Assembly (NCBI GenBank): GCA_051294905.1
Contig: CM119372.1
Location: 24,058,001 to 24,122,000 of the forward strand
DNA from: Botryllus schlosseri
Lineage: Eukaryota
Direction of reading: 5' to 3'
DNA length: 64,000 bases
The notes below the pieces were generated by a model. The model was not told the origin of the DNA, did no database searches, and saw only the letters and a program-made list of their open reading frames with translations. A program made the translations under genes and the position numbers. How positions within the stretch are numbered: the stretch's first letter is position 1; every line of letters starts with the position of its first letter. Positions 39,801 through 50,600 of this stretch are shown here, in pieces.

Positions 39801-42800
39801 TTACAAGGAATGGAAAGAGCAACAAAGAGCCGCGGAATAGAGATGTACATCGAAAAAGAATCGTGACATCGGTCACTAGGTCGAGGTGGATGTCAGTTTA
39901 AGAGACCGCAACTGCAACCGCAACTGGTCGCTGGGCAATGGGCATCCTCCTATCTGTTCATTACATCGCATCGTGTCTTATCGCACTGTATGTCTTGCTC
40001 AGATACAAATATAATTTAGCGATTCTTGTGCGACCGGAACCCTAGCCCGGTTAGCTCAGTCGGTAGAGCGTTGGACTTCTAATCTCTTTTGTCCCATTAT
40101 TAAATCCTTTACTTTGCAATACGCACTACGCAAAATGAAGCCAAATTACGCCAGTTCGAAAAAGACCCACAGCGTTCTGTTGACCGATTTAACTGGGCTG
40201 TATGTAAACGCACTCAATTTGAGCTCATTTTGCGTACTTTTAAGCAAAATATTTAATGTTATGGGAAAAACACCCGCCCGATCAGGGACTTGAACCATTG
40301 ACCGTTGGATTAAAGGTCCAACGCTCTACCGACTGAGCTAATCGGGCTACTGGCGGCATGCATAATTACGCAGTTCATCATACAGTGCTTGATTTGACGA
40401 CGGTATTTACACCTGGACAAGGTGACCTTGCCATTATGCCGATCGGTGCAGTGGTCACTGATCAGTCAAACCGCGCAGTTGATGTTGTGCGGCATTGAAC
40501 GGGGAGGTATCTTGACTTGATAGCAGTTGAGGCCGCGGGAGGGTTCACGATGGCATTGGACGAGCATCAGCAAAACTATACTTCAAGTGAAGTGATTAAT
40601 TACGCAGTTAATGATATAGTACTTCAGCAGGAAGTCCAAAACTAGCTATAGTCAAATTGATATGACGACGGAATTTACACCTTGCCATTATACCAATCGT
40701 CAAAGGCCACAGTTTTATTAACTGTCCATCGAAGCGGTGATCAGTCAAACCACGCCGTTGATGTTGTGCGTCGTTGAATAGGAAAGGTGCCTCGATAAAG
40801 CAGTTGATGTTGTGGGAAGGGTTCACGCATTGGACTAGCATTAGCAAAACTACTTCTTAGTAAGGGTACAAAACGAATTATCGAAAATATTGAAAAAGTA
40901 GATTGGTTGAAAAGTAGACGCGTCTTACACTTTTATTATAGTAGATCACCCATGACTTCGCATGAATTTCCAACTTGCACGACGCATATCTGCGATTAAC
41001 AGGTTCAATTTTCAAAGCATGCTCTGTGTCGGTGATAAGGTGTCCATTACGCGCGAGTGGGGGCGTCTAATTTCAGTATTCAAAAGAATATTCTCTCATT
41101 AGCAGAGGCGCTAACGAAGTATAGGCCTACTTCCACTTTTCCCGAGTACTCAAGCTGTTTTCATCTATTTGGTGTACCTACTCAAGTAAATCTAATGTAC
41201 CACCACTACTTCTACTTCCACTTCGTCATAATTGTTACTTACTTACTCTATTTACATTTTTTCAAATAAAAGTATTCTTTTCCTCCAACAAGAGAGAGAA
41301 AGAGATTAATATGGAGAAATGTAGTGGCCCTTTTCGCGAAGAGACCAAAACTTTCATCACACTTCGAGTGACGCATATGTTTCTACGAAAGTCTCGGTCA
41401 TAAAATTTATATAGCGGCCGCCTGGTTCATGTACGCGATTTCGGGCTGCATAGTCCCTAATATGACAGTTTCACCACAGAATATTGAGAGCAGCAAAACA
41501 TTTAGTATTATACGATCTACCTTATTTTCAGTTGCCTTCCTAATCGCGAAAAGCGATAATGCAGTATTCGATACAACTTATACATACGCATCGCTCATCG
41601 ACTCCCTACATGGCTTGTAACACGAGGGTCACACCATCACATTTTCTGAAAAGTGGCACTGGGATGGTAAAAAGCTATATCGTTTGTATCACATGATGTG
41701 GTCGAATCCTTATACTGTTGAACATATATATCCCCTGTGATGTACAGTAACACGAACCCAGCTATCTGCGCCGTCCGCATATGTCAATTTCCTGGTTTTT
41801 ATCGTCCATGAAACCGTAGGCTATTTGTGTCTGGATTTCAACACTGCATAAGTAATTGATTTGTTTTTGTTCATCATTGGTTTATTAGAAATTTTTATCA
41901 GTTCACTACACCACAAAATGTTGTTAGTGGTATACATGGTGTTTGTCGACTACTATGGTCATTTAAACCAGGCCAGTGCCAATTTTTATTCCGTAGATGC
42001 CGACAATACCCACTGGTATTGCTGCCGTGAATTATACTACTACGCTATCTCGCCACAGTACGAATGAATATATCGTTCTCTCACAATAGCGCATGTAGGT
42101 AAACTTAATTACTTGAGTAGTTTTCATTTTCAGAAAATTTACTTCTACTTGGAGTAGTTTTGGTGTGCCTCGAAAAGCAATGCTTTTACTCGTACTTGGG
42201 TAAATTTCTGCGTCGCTACCACTACTTCTACCTGATCGAGTACCTTCTTTGATTACTTTAACCACATCTTGTCACTACTTGACTTGAATCATTACAATTA
42301 ACGCTCGATTCAGATTCGATTGCTCGATTCATTGTGTCAAACCCTGCCTAATACTCGATTCGGCATCGAATTATTTACGAACTCGCTATTGCCCAGCCCT
42401 AGACTCACAAGAGCGCAATTCTCCCCTGGTTACGCCTGCGATCTGTTCGAAAACATGTTGTCTCACCTTAGCGTTCCATAACCCGTCACCGTCCGCGTCA
42501 TCATCGCACGCATCACCGATTCCGTCCAAGTCTGCGTCTCCTTGGCCGCTATTCGGAACGTCGACGCAATTGTCCCGCTCGCATTGCGGCTCGTCGCAAG
42601 GTAGCTCTGCATCGGAGATCCCGTCGATATCCGTGTCGTAACCGCAAACCAGTCCGTTCCCGGCGTATCCCAATCGACAGACGCAGACCGCGCCGCCACG
42701 GTACGGCTCGCAGGTTGCGTTGTCATGGCATTGGTTACTCGCGCCGAGGACGCAAAATCGACCTCTCTTGCACCCCGAGCTTTGATCTCCGCTGTAGCCT

Positions 42801-45800
42801 GCTTTGCATTTCCCGCATGCGAATGAGCCCTGCGATCACATTCTTGATAAATTTATTTCACTTTCAGGCCTCTACTAGAGACAATATGACATGCAATCAG
42901 TAACGAAGTTACATTTTGAGGTAATCAAGTAGATTTGCCTACTTGTAGGCTACTTCTTGCTCGAGAGCGAGTGATTTTCGACTACTTCTACGTAACAGTT
43001 TTTAGGCAATACTACTTACTTATGGTTACACTTCATATTTTGTAAAGCAGAAAGTAGTTATGGGATCTGCTCCCACCCCTTTTATGAGCGAAATTGCCGT
43101 GATGGCTGGAGAAAGTGCCCTGTATCGTGGTGACTAAATATAATTTGGAAAATTGCTCATATGTTTATAGCATCGTTAGTCATATTGCGTTAGTCGCGAA
43201 GATGCAACCTGCACCTTATAAAGTATAACCACATGCGATCAGCTGCTAAACCAGTGGTTCTTATTAAGCGGTGTTCCAGGGGTTTCATGAGAGAGCTAGT
43301 TGCAGAGGTTCGGTTGAGGTCAAGACACGCACTCAACTTTTACATGATTTGTGGCCATCATTGGTTGCAGGCTATATTTGGCTCCATCGGCAGGTGAATT
43401 GTGACTGTTGTGGTGGCACGTCGTGTGCACTGTAATGTAATAGATTTTAGTTTTTGCGACTCAGCAAATATTTGGGTTTCCTCGCAAGGCTTTCAGTTAA
43501 GCGTAAGGATTCCCCAGCCCAGGTTAGAGCTTAAGAACCACTGACGTAAGGTCACCCTAAATCACTCTTTTTCACCTATAAATTTCTATTCTTACCAAGG
43601 ATATGCAAGTGGAAAGACAATATCTGCACGTACCACAGTATTTCGGCATTCTGAATTTGCTACACAACCACCATTGTTGCGGTGGCATTCGTCGATATCT
43701 TCGCATGTTTGTCTGCGCACAAAAAGTTATAAAATTTACAAGTTATATTTTGGTCATTCGGTAGTAGCCTACATAAGCTACCTGTTGCTCCTTGCAAAAT
43801 CTAGACCGGCACCTTCAACGCTGTCTCCGTAAAAACCGACTGGGCATAAGCTGCAACTAAATCCCGGAATGGTATTTTGGCATCGTGTAAGCGAAGAGCA
43901 TGGACTCGCATCCTGGCACTGGAATGCAAATTCTTAGAATGTTTTCTTCAAGTTCACACTGGATTTATCGGATAGGTCAGCACAGTGGTAACAGACATTT
44001 ATAGTGACTCCGTCGGTTAAAAACGATACAGGATTGAGACACTAAGAAAATATGTGGAAAGATTCTGAAAGACTTAGTGATGTGGTGCATATATGAGACA
44101 TTCACACTACGGGAAAGATATAATCAATGGACACTATGTAACTTCGTAATATTTATCGGGGTCGCCGCCTATGGTATATAGACTACTAATAAGCATGTAA
44201 CTGCATACAACTATGCTTTATGGGTACGTTTTGTTGGCCCACCTCATCGATGTCCTCGCATAACCTTCCGTTGCCCTTCATACCAAGAGGACATGGCCCA
44301 CATGAGATTCTTCCGTCGGCTTCATTCAAACATTGCACTCCTGGGTAGCATGGGTTTGAAGTTTCGCAATTTTCTACCAGCTTTGCGGGTCCTTCCACTC
44401 CTGTGGTGACAAGGTTTAAGTTACGTGATAATTCGTGAAAGACAGAGCGACTTAACAGCGTGAATTAACTATACGAAGACGCCGGTGACTGCTTGGTGTT
44501 GGTACGTTCTCTTTATAATACAAAAATGTTGCAAGTAACATGGAAGTGTCTTAGACTGCCGTTTGGATAACCATTAGCATCTATAAATCCACCCACCGCC
44601 TGCCTATGCCTATATGCGTAACATCACGACATCATTAGCATACCGCACGCATGGCAATTCTCCAATGATTCCCGAAGAGAGCGAGCCTCCTCTTTTGCCA
44701 GAGAAAGACAGTCCTTCAACTCTCTGACTACCTTCGATAGGTGATATACATCCTCTGCCGTCAGCAGGTCGTGATAGTAAGCCGGATAGACTGATCTGCC
44801 TTTAGTAGGAATTGGTATGCAAGAAGATGAATGTGGTACACTATGGTTTTTAGTTATCTTAGCAGACAATTACATGCTGCACAACGAAAGCCGGCGTCCT
44901 CCTGGTAATCGCATCCATTGTCCAAAAGATATTGATTTGGTTTCACGTCATATACGAGCGTCATCGCTTTGGTTAAAACTTGAACTCGAGTGCCTCTTCC
45001 AGTTTTTATCTAGCAATGAAATAAAAAGAAGTCAACAGGTAATATCACGTCGTATAACATAATGTTGTGAGCTAAGCAAAATTACCGAGGTTCTTGAAAA
45101 CTCGCGTTGAAAGTTCGCAGTGACGTTCGGGACGTTCTTTGCGCTATTCCTGAGTTCACAATCAACATAAATTCGCAGTTCCGTTGAGCCAAGTATAGCA
45201 AGAACAATTTTATGCGATCCAGTTGAAGTTATGCCTACTCGTCGAAACTTGACAGACGTGTGCCCGCCATTACCGTTGCGGTAACGTATTGAGGCTGTTA
45301 AAATATCAAATAGGCTATTATGCTCCGAGCTGACGATAAATTATGATTGATAGTTTGTAGGGTTATTTACAAATAGTAGGCCTACAGCCCTACACCCAGT
45401 ACCCACTTTCAACATTATGCATTAGCCTCAAAACTTCAACGCGGACGTGCAACCGCTAGATTCAAATATCGACATGCTTTGAGTAACTGTAACGATATAA
45501 TCTCAATCTCACCTGTGTCCGATGATGGGGTGAGAGAAAACTCAAAATCGACTCGATCCTTCGCAATCACGAAGTCCGGAACATTCAGTCGGCTCGGAAT
45601 GCTCTCGATGCTGAATATTCTTGTGTGATTGGTATTGAAAATCTGTCATTTTGATAACGAAACAGCCATCAAGTAGCGACTTTATCAGGATTGTGGACAT
45701 TGGCTACCTCTAATTCCACTGCTAGTAAAACTTCATTGAAGTTCGTAAACACGTCGACGACCTTTCTGGCGATGTTATTGTGCTCTCGTGAGCTCGGCCT

Positions 45801-46141
45801 TTCGTATTGAAGTAGATCAATCTCTGAAAGGCTATATAAGTCAGAAATGAAGGCCTATGCAAGACATACTATAACAATGCGTCATGAAGTTGAAGTGTAA
45901 GGTGACAGCTAGGACGCGACATTAGTTACCCACACCACCTGGCATGTTCTCGAACCCAACATAAGAGGCAGACTATTATTGGTGATGCACACCACTGCCC
46001 GCATGGACCAGCCAGTCCGAATGCGCTAAATACGACTCGATCTGGATCGTTCGAGATGACACACATCATGCCAAAACCGAACTTACCGGCCGATTCAGCA
46101 GTGCACAACACAGCTAAGAAAACCGCAAACCCGATGTTCAT
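15980..46141 (-). CDS. THBS4: Thrombospondin subgroup B (pentameric, THBS3/THBS4/COMP pro-orthologue), 944 aa
   Basis: Exons in transcript order: 46141-46087, 45823-45708, 45642-45513, 45294-45086, 45009-44874, 44799-44644, 44400-44243, 43918-43782, 43712-43634, 42829-42467, 38633-38474, 35340-35174, 30994-30904, 30838-30731, 27251-27073, 20189-20046, 19987-19886, 17965-17765, 16581-16470, 16011-15980 (2835 nt, phases consistent). Signal peptide, LamG/TSPN (HKIVL...LRIYVDC), coiled coil ending CHACG, 4 EGF domains, Ca-binding type-3 repeats, C-terminal lectin domain ([35 protein letters not shown]). The symbol names the nearest vertebrate-like paralog only; the exon 5 donor is the least certain boundary. 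Confidence 0.96.
17470..17640 (-). mobile_element. LINE 3' end
   Basis: The minus strand has a short stem-loop, aataaa and a (CT)n tail, similar in layout to the LINE tail at 33700-33813. Confidence 0.5.
18056..19113. mobile_element. hAT (Charlie-like) non-autonomous element
   Basis: TIRs cagtggttcccaac and gttgggaaccactg. Perfect 8-bp TSD ctctaact. The interior carries most of a CCGTAAC-family element related to 20582-24338. Confidence 0.9.
20582..24338. mobile_element. hAT-type non-autonomous element (TIR CAGnnCCGTAAC) hosting a nested hATm relic
   Basis: Ends cagcaccgtaac and gttacggccctg. Perfect 8-bp TSD cttttgag (20574-20581, 24339-24346). Confidence 0.88.
20895..23350 (-). mobile_element. 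hATm-like transposon relic with ~530-bp TIRs and a broken transposase
   Basis: Ends tagggttgttcaga and tctgaacaacccta. Perfect 8-bp TSD atgccctt. TIRs span 20895-21420 and 22822-23350. Frameshifted motifs [27 protein letters not shown] (CxxH), PGA...[10 protein letters not shown] and [11 protein letters not shown]. Confidence 0.9.
25100..25376 (+). mobile_element. SINE fragment (family C) with (atgtt)n tail
   Basis: gtgacatcgggcactctaggccgaggtggatg...catcctcctatctgttca...catcgcattgtgtcttatcgca is shared with 39675-40015. Confidence 0.6.
25689..26980. mobile_element. Non-autonomous DNA element rich in AAGTA/TACTT motifs
   Basis: Ends cagagggggtca and tgaccacttctg, flanked on both sides by tttgtt (6 bp). 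Fragments of the same family occur near 28690, 34900, 37510, 41120, 42100 and 42900. Confidence 0.65.
27284..27628. mobile_element. hAT-type MITE (tagggttaccat family)
   Basis: Ends tagggtcaacatat and atatggtaatccta. Imperfect TSD gtaccgtt/agaccgtt. Related copies at ~31700-32039 and 37796-38133. Confidence 0.7.
27842..28148 (+). mobile_element. tRNA-derived SINE (family A)
   Basis: A-box-like tagtgtaatgg and B-box ggttcgatccc, a central ggtcataccaaagact...aattggtat block reminiscent of Meta-type SINE domains, and a short repeat tail (tatac/aatactatacttc). Confidence 0.8.
28240..28491 (-). mobile_element. tRNA-derived SINE (family A), inverted second copy
   Basis: The reverse complement aligns to 27842-28010 (gcgagata...gatgcgtc...accaaagact...gctatcctgc...caaagcatc.cgatggtgc). 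Confidence 0.75.
29101..30480 (-). mobile_element. Tc1/mariner pogo/Fot1-like deletion derivative
   Basis: TIRs ggtgagaccgggacaattgtaacac and gtgttacatttgtccccggtctcccc, flanked by TA on both sides. Subterminal tgtaac repeats. Decayed PHD-like tail ECVACTL*AH...FRC on the minus strand near 29460-29530. Confidence 0.75.
31349..32531. mobile_element. hAT (Charlie-like) non-autonomous element with nested MITE
   Basis: TIRs caggggcgggcaac and gttgcccgcccctg, ggcccgc subterminal repeats, perfect TSD agatatac. Confidence 0.9.
32669..32740 (+). tRNA. tRNA-Glu(CTC), intact
   Basis: Complete cloverleaf: acceptor TCCCAGA/TCTGGGA, anticodon stem CCTGG/CCAGG with loop CTCTCAC, T-arm CCGGG-TTCGATT-CCCGG. 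A T-run follows ~8 nt downstream. Confidence 0.95.
33255..33813 (+). mobile_element. 5'-truncated LINE (L2/Crack/CR1 group)
   Basis: ORF2 C-terminus [35 protein letters not shown], then a T-rich 3'UTR, stem-loop ggtccctaaggacc, aataaa and a (CT)n tail. It is inserted in a cagggg-type hAT MITE that starts at 32862. Confidence 0.85.
34212..34286 (+). pseudogene. tRNA-Glu(TTC) pseudogene
   Basis: Paralog of 32669-32740 with an acceptor-stem mismatch, a small insertion after the anticodon stem and a mutated T-loop (GGTTGGA). Confidence 0.8.
34417..34488 (+). pseudogene. Highly decayed tRNA-Glu-like copy
   Basis: aggggtaaggatt...ctctcac...ccggattcgaatcctggtatggggaa aligns loosely to tRNA-Glu(CTC). 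Confidence 0.55.
35530..35980. mobile_element. MITE with TIR tagggttgcatt
   Basis: Ends tagggttgcatt and aatgcaacccta with aaacatgttt subterminal motifs. No matching TSD seen. Confidence 0.6.
36016..37027. mobile_element. hAT (Charlie-like, cagaggtctcaaac family) element with nested SINE family B (36345-36580)
   Basis: TIRs cagaggtctcaaac and gtttgagacctctg. Perfect TSD atatagaa. Confidence 0.9.
37150..37370 (-). mobile_element. tRNA-derived SINE (family B)
   Basis: The minus strand begins gcgtagtggtatg...gcgggttcgagtccgaccgaggtcgac. Homologous to 36345-36580. Confidence 0.75.
37796..38133. mobile_element. hAT-type MITE (tagggttaccat family)
   Basis: Ends tagggttaccata and tatggtaatccta. 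TSD aaatatat/gaatatat (7 of 8). Confidence 0.8.
39675..40015 (+). mobile_element. tRNA(Asp-like)-derived SINE (family C)
   Basis: Head ccgggttcgattccgcgacggagga. The body is shared with 25100-25376 and with ~62520-62640 on the minus strand. Confidence 0.7.
40045..40085 (+). pseudogene. 5' half of a tRNA-Lys copy
   Basis: gcccggttagctcagtcggtagagcgttggacttctaatc, truncated after the anticodon loop. Confidence 0.7.
40275..40347 (-). tRNA. tRNA-Lys(TTT), probably pseudogenised
   Basis: GCCCGAT TA GCTC AGTCGGTA GAGC G TTGGA CCTTTAA TCCAA CGGTC AATGG TTCAAGT CCCTG ATCGGGC G. U33 is replaced by C and the T-stem has two mismatches. A T-run terminator follows. Confidence 0.75.
43252..43543. mobile_element. 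hAT-type MITE
   Basis: Ends cagtggttctta and taagaaccactg. TSD not evident. Confidence 0.55.
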
Positions 46142-46590
46142 TTCTGTTTATCTTCAACCTGACTACATGTGCACAGTGTTGTTCAGAACTTATATGCACT
46201 CAGTCCAGACCTCAAGCTGTTCTTCGTTTTGTCCTAAATACCAGTCTACTATAGGCGCAGCGCAACAAAGAGCTCGTAAATCACACAGGGACAGATAACC
46301 CCAGTCAAGTCAACACCATATCAATCGCTACGCGGATCTACCTACATCTCAAGTTGATCGCGCAAGTGGTTTACCGTACAACTGACTTCTTCGATTTTAA
46401 TGCTTGTCATTTCCGACTAACACGTAATCGCAAGGAACATCTATCACACATAATCCCACCTTGGATACCAACGATATGCGTACTCCAACAAGTGGCCCAA
46501 GGCCGCAACGGAAACTTGTCACCACATGGCCCCTAGCGGATGATCACCAGCGCTAAAAGATCTGCATTATCCATTCTTGCAGACCTTGAT

Positions 46591-47008
46591 CAGGGTTGTA
46601 ATGACTCGACTTTTCTTGGTCACTCCAGTCATTTACTAAAATTCGAAAAATGACTCTACTTGTATTCGAGTCATTACTCGACCAAATCCGTTGACTCGGG
46701 CCGCCAACTCATGTATTTCGTCACTTCGAAGGATAGAATAGCTACCGGCCTACCGCAATATTGGTATTTCGTCTGTAAGTAATCGTGTTTGTAAAATAGG
46801 GCTAGAGACCGTGTAAAAAGTGAGAAAAGTTCGTATATTACGAATACGAGGCATTCAATATCATCCGAACAAGAATTATAAAATTTAAGCTGAACCAGAT
46901 TGGACTCGGACTTTTGAACCCTGACTTGTACTCGACTCGGTGGTGAAGTGAAAATGACTAAGTGCAAACTATAAAAGTAGAATTGACTTGTGACTTGTTT
47001 ACAACCTG
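46591..47008. mobile_element. hAT-type MITE with gactcga motifs
   Basis: Ends cagggttgtaa and ttacaacctg. TSD accttgat/accttggc (6 of 8). Confidence 0.7.
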
Positions 47009-47601
47009 ACCTTGGCCCATAACCGCGACCAAACCTTTGATCAGAGCTTGACCTAAGTACGTAAAGGAATGGGACGATTTTATTGACAGCAAAATGATGG
47101 ATTCACTGGCAAAGAAATTTATATGGAACAAGACTAAGATGAACGGACTGCAATATGCACAAGACTATCACCAAAACACCACGGGTCTATCAAGGTTAAA
47201 GATTTAGGATACGAAGGAATACCACAATCGATGATAATTAATGCTAATTTCGAGATATTATCAAGCAGATAGCATTCAATTTATCACCGTATACCAACAA
47301 TTCGTTGCTATTTTATCTACTGTGCAAATGTCCCATCCAAATACATTCCAGACCAGTTCATTTCGAATCAAATGCAAGATAGGACGACCCAACCAAGTAA
47401 GAACTGCTTCGAATAGAAATTCTAACAGGACTGTTACACTAAGTACGATAGTACGTGAAGATTTAGTAGAAAAAAATACATACACATACAAAATGGCTGG
47501 CGCTACGCAATGTTACGACAAAAATACAAAATTATCATTTGTATATATATACAGGGAGCTGTTCATGCGAAGCACATGCGATGCTATCTTTGCATAGGCG
47601 A

Positions 47602-50600
47602 TCACGCCACGATGCTTGAATAGTCGAAGCCCTCGTTTCGTTTTCGACGCTGGATCAAGTAGACAGATCCGACAACTCCGAAGAACTGAAAACAATCGTA
47701 GATCGTTAGTTCCATCGGTGAAAATCGATGTGATATATTCAAGCAGTACACAAAAATCGACATTATTCATCATCCTTCCGTACAAATTAGTTAGAGTTAG
47801 CTTATTTTTCTTCCCCAGGCAAGCAAATACAGTGTCAGTATAGCTCATTTTTACAAACATGTAGCGCCATTACGAATTTCGGCGTAATCCCAAATACCTA
47901 TGTTATGCCACCACACTACAAAATTATTGCAGTAGTTGGTTACAACGGTTATTAATAGCATTTGGATAGAAGTTATACCGTAAATTGTACAAGAATCGAC
48001 AAGATATATATCAAAACTACATCAGATAGATGTGGAAAATGATAGCTTTAAGTGGTTTTAAAAGAAGAACAGGATGAAATGACTTTAATCAGCCACGAGT
48101 TGATCACAGGTGGCAACTTTCAAAATTGAAAGACACACCTACGCTAGAAGTAGAACTATATGGAATGATTAATGACGTCACATTCACATATGCATGCAAT
48201 TTTGCCCGGGTTTCAATTATTTGAAAATGTATGCTGCCTATTGGCATCTGAAACACATATATTAAAATTAATCCATAACCAACACCACTTGAGTAAACAG
48301 CGAGGGTGCACATTCACACCCTAATACACAGAGAATGTAGAAGTACTTCATTACTGACAAATGACCCACCCGTCTTTCAGGCCTGTTACGATCATGTGTG
48401 AAGATACCTGCGCAGTGTACCACACCACCATATCATTGTCACATGATCGAAGTAATGTCCACGCATATATTCTCATTTCATCATGTGAACAACCAGAAAA
48501 GGGCATTTTATTCATGCACTACACATTTGATGGTTACAGAAATGATGGTGCTAAATCACACTCACAGTCCAGTCCAAAGTTTTCTCCGCGCAGTAGTCAC
48601 TATACATGCAATTCACATTCTAGTAAGCCCTATATGGAATGAGTTATTTCACAACACACCGGCCAGGTATATTTATTCATTCTCAAATTCAGGTGAGTCA
48701 GTTTCGCATTACACCTATATCAAATAAGCCAGTGCTGACAGCATAAGCCTAAACAATAACCAAGAGGAAATTCCATCATCTTTCGCCCGAAACCTCAAAT
48801 TAGAACAGAACAGAATACTTTCCATCTTATCACAAGCATACCTGAATACGTTTTACATTTCAAATCGAATGCCCAAACAGTCTACAATAACACATCCCGC
48901 ATGACATACATAGCGGTTAACATAATAAGTCACATGACAAATTGACCGCGCACTACACATAAGCATGATGCAATTAATCAGCTGACATGAATCAACAAAA
49001 GCCTTGATGTACTCAAGATTGCGCAATAGCTTTTACAGCGGCAGGCGGGATGAAGTTTACCAACAATGCAAACCTACTCTTAATGGAATTAGCACCAGCA
49101 AAGCACTTACCACAAGGACGAGGAAGGCAACAGCGGACCATGCCATTAAGTCGAATACAAACTCAAGAATGTTATCGATGTCGGTCTCGCAACCCTGCAA
49201 AATTAAAACAATTGAGGTCTCATAAATTGCGACAATAAGGTTGACCACTGAGCGACATTAATGGCATTTTATTGCTGTCAAGTAGTGTTAGTTACATAAT
49301 GGTAGCGAGCAAATCTAATGCAACACAATGATGCACTCAATTACATTGTGTTACGATCAATAAAGCAGATATCAAGAGATTAGTAATCTACCATTACCAG
49401 CCTATTTAAACAGTGTTCACATTGTATATCAATGCTGTTGCATTGTGTTGTCAAAATTGATGACTAACAAATCTGTAAGTTGAAGAATGTTCAATTGTCC
49501 ACACATTGAGCAATGACTGATTTACTGTCCACCATAAATCATTTTTCTCAGATTCAGAAAATGGGAATAACAGAGTTATTGACCAAGAGAGACGTTCTTC
49601 TTTAGTGATATGCCGAATGCAATTGTACCGCAGCTGAATAGTGAAGTGAAGTTGCTCAGAATATGCAAATTCATCAAATTCGAGACAATAGTGAGGAGAA
49701 GATGCATACACATTACACAAACAACTATATTATATTACAGACTTCAAAATTTCAAGCAACTCTGATGACAAGAGCGAAGCACAGCCCCTAAACGATTCGA
49801 AACAGGAAACAAACTACCTGAAAAAAACATTCTTGATAAGTTAAGACAACCAAGGAGAGCTTGTGTTGGTTGCGAATGAGGACCTTAGATCAGGAATGCA
49901 AATGTGAAACTTTTTTTATAAAGCAGGCTAGATATAAATAACGCAATGAAATCACGGGGCTGCACATAGGCTTTCTTAGTCGTCGTAAAGCCAACCATCT
50001 CATTAAGCATCAGTAACGGTGATGCAGAGAAGTTTAATATCGGACTACACATTACAATTATAAACTTTACCCATAGGTAAATCAAGGGAAGCGAGAAAAA
50101 CGGAATGTGATTTTAGTGTTTTTCTCAGATTCAGATTAGCTCTAACAGAACAGGCTGGTAATAAGCTAAATTTGTAATGTTGTCATGGGGCTTTTTCATT
50201 GGCCGCACAATTTTTCTGTGAGGACTGCTGGTTGCGAACCCCTGTCTTAGATTACAACTTTTGAGTAGTGCAGAGGTCTTATTGAATGCACTTCATGCAG
50301 AACTATACCGTCAATGAGCTGGCAATTTAGTAAAGGAAATATAGGCAGGGCGAAAGGATTTTAACAATGAAAATTATCAGGCCACACAAACCGCATCTAT
50401 TAATTTCCATAATGAAGCATTGCATATCACAGTAGATCCAACATTTTCAGTTTGGCAACATGCTCTGTCGCTCTCACATATTGTGAAATCCTTACCACTA
50501 ACCAGACCTGTTGTAAACAGCAAGAACCAATATATATGTAATTCATGCGATCCGCATAGCATGTCACATTTCAAACATTCAAACTGCCAGCGGATCGCTT

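Noticed and set aside
40045..40085. tRNA-Arg(TCT) gene
   Set aside because: The body is Lys-type and the 3' half is missing, so the TCT triplet is best read as decay.
46142..47601. Tetraspanin-thrombospondin operon
   Set aside because: There is a 1.46-kb gap with a poly(A) signal and a MITE, and no strong acceptor just before the thrombospondin ATG.
50377..50584. Mutually exclusive alternative exon for the tetraspanin loop (Cys-rich ORF with RACC)
   Set aside because: It lacks CCG, and the best acceptor is out of phase with the upstream donors. The GC-starting frame near 49790 is also out of phase and hits a stop.
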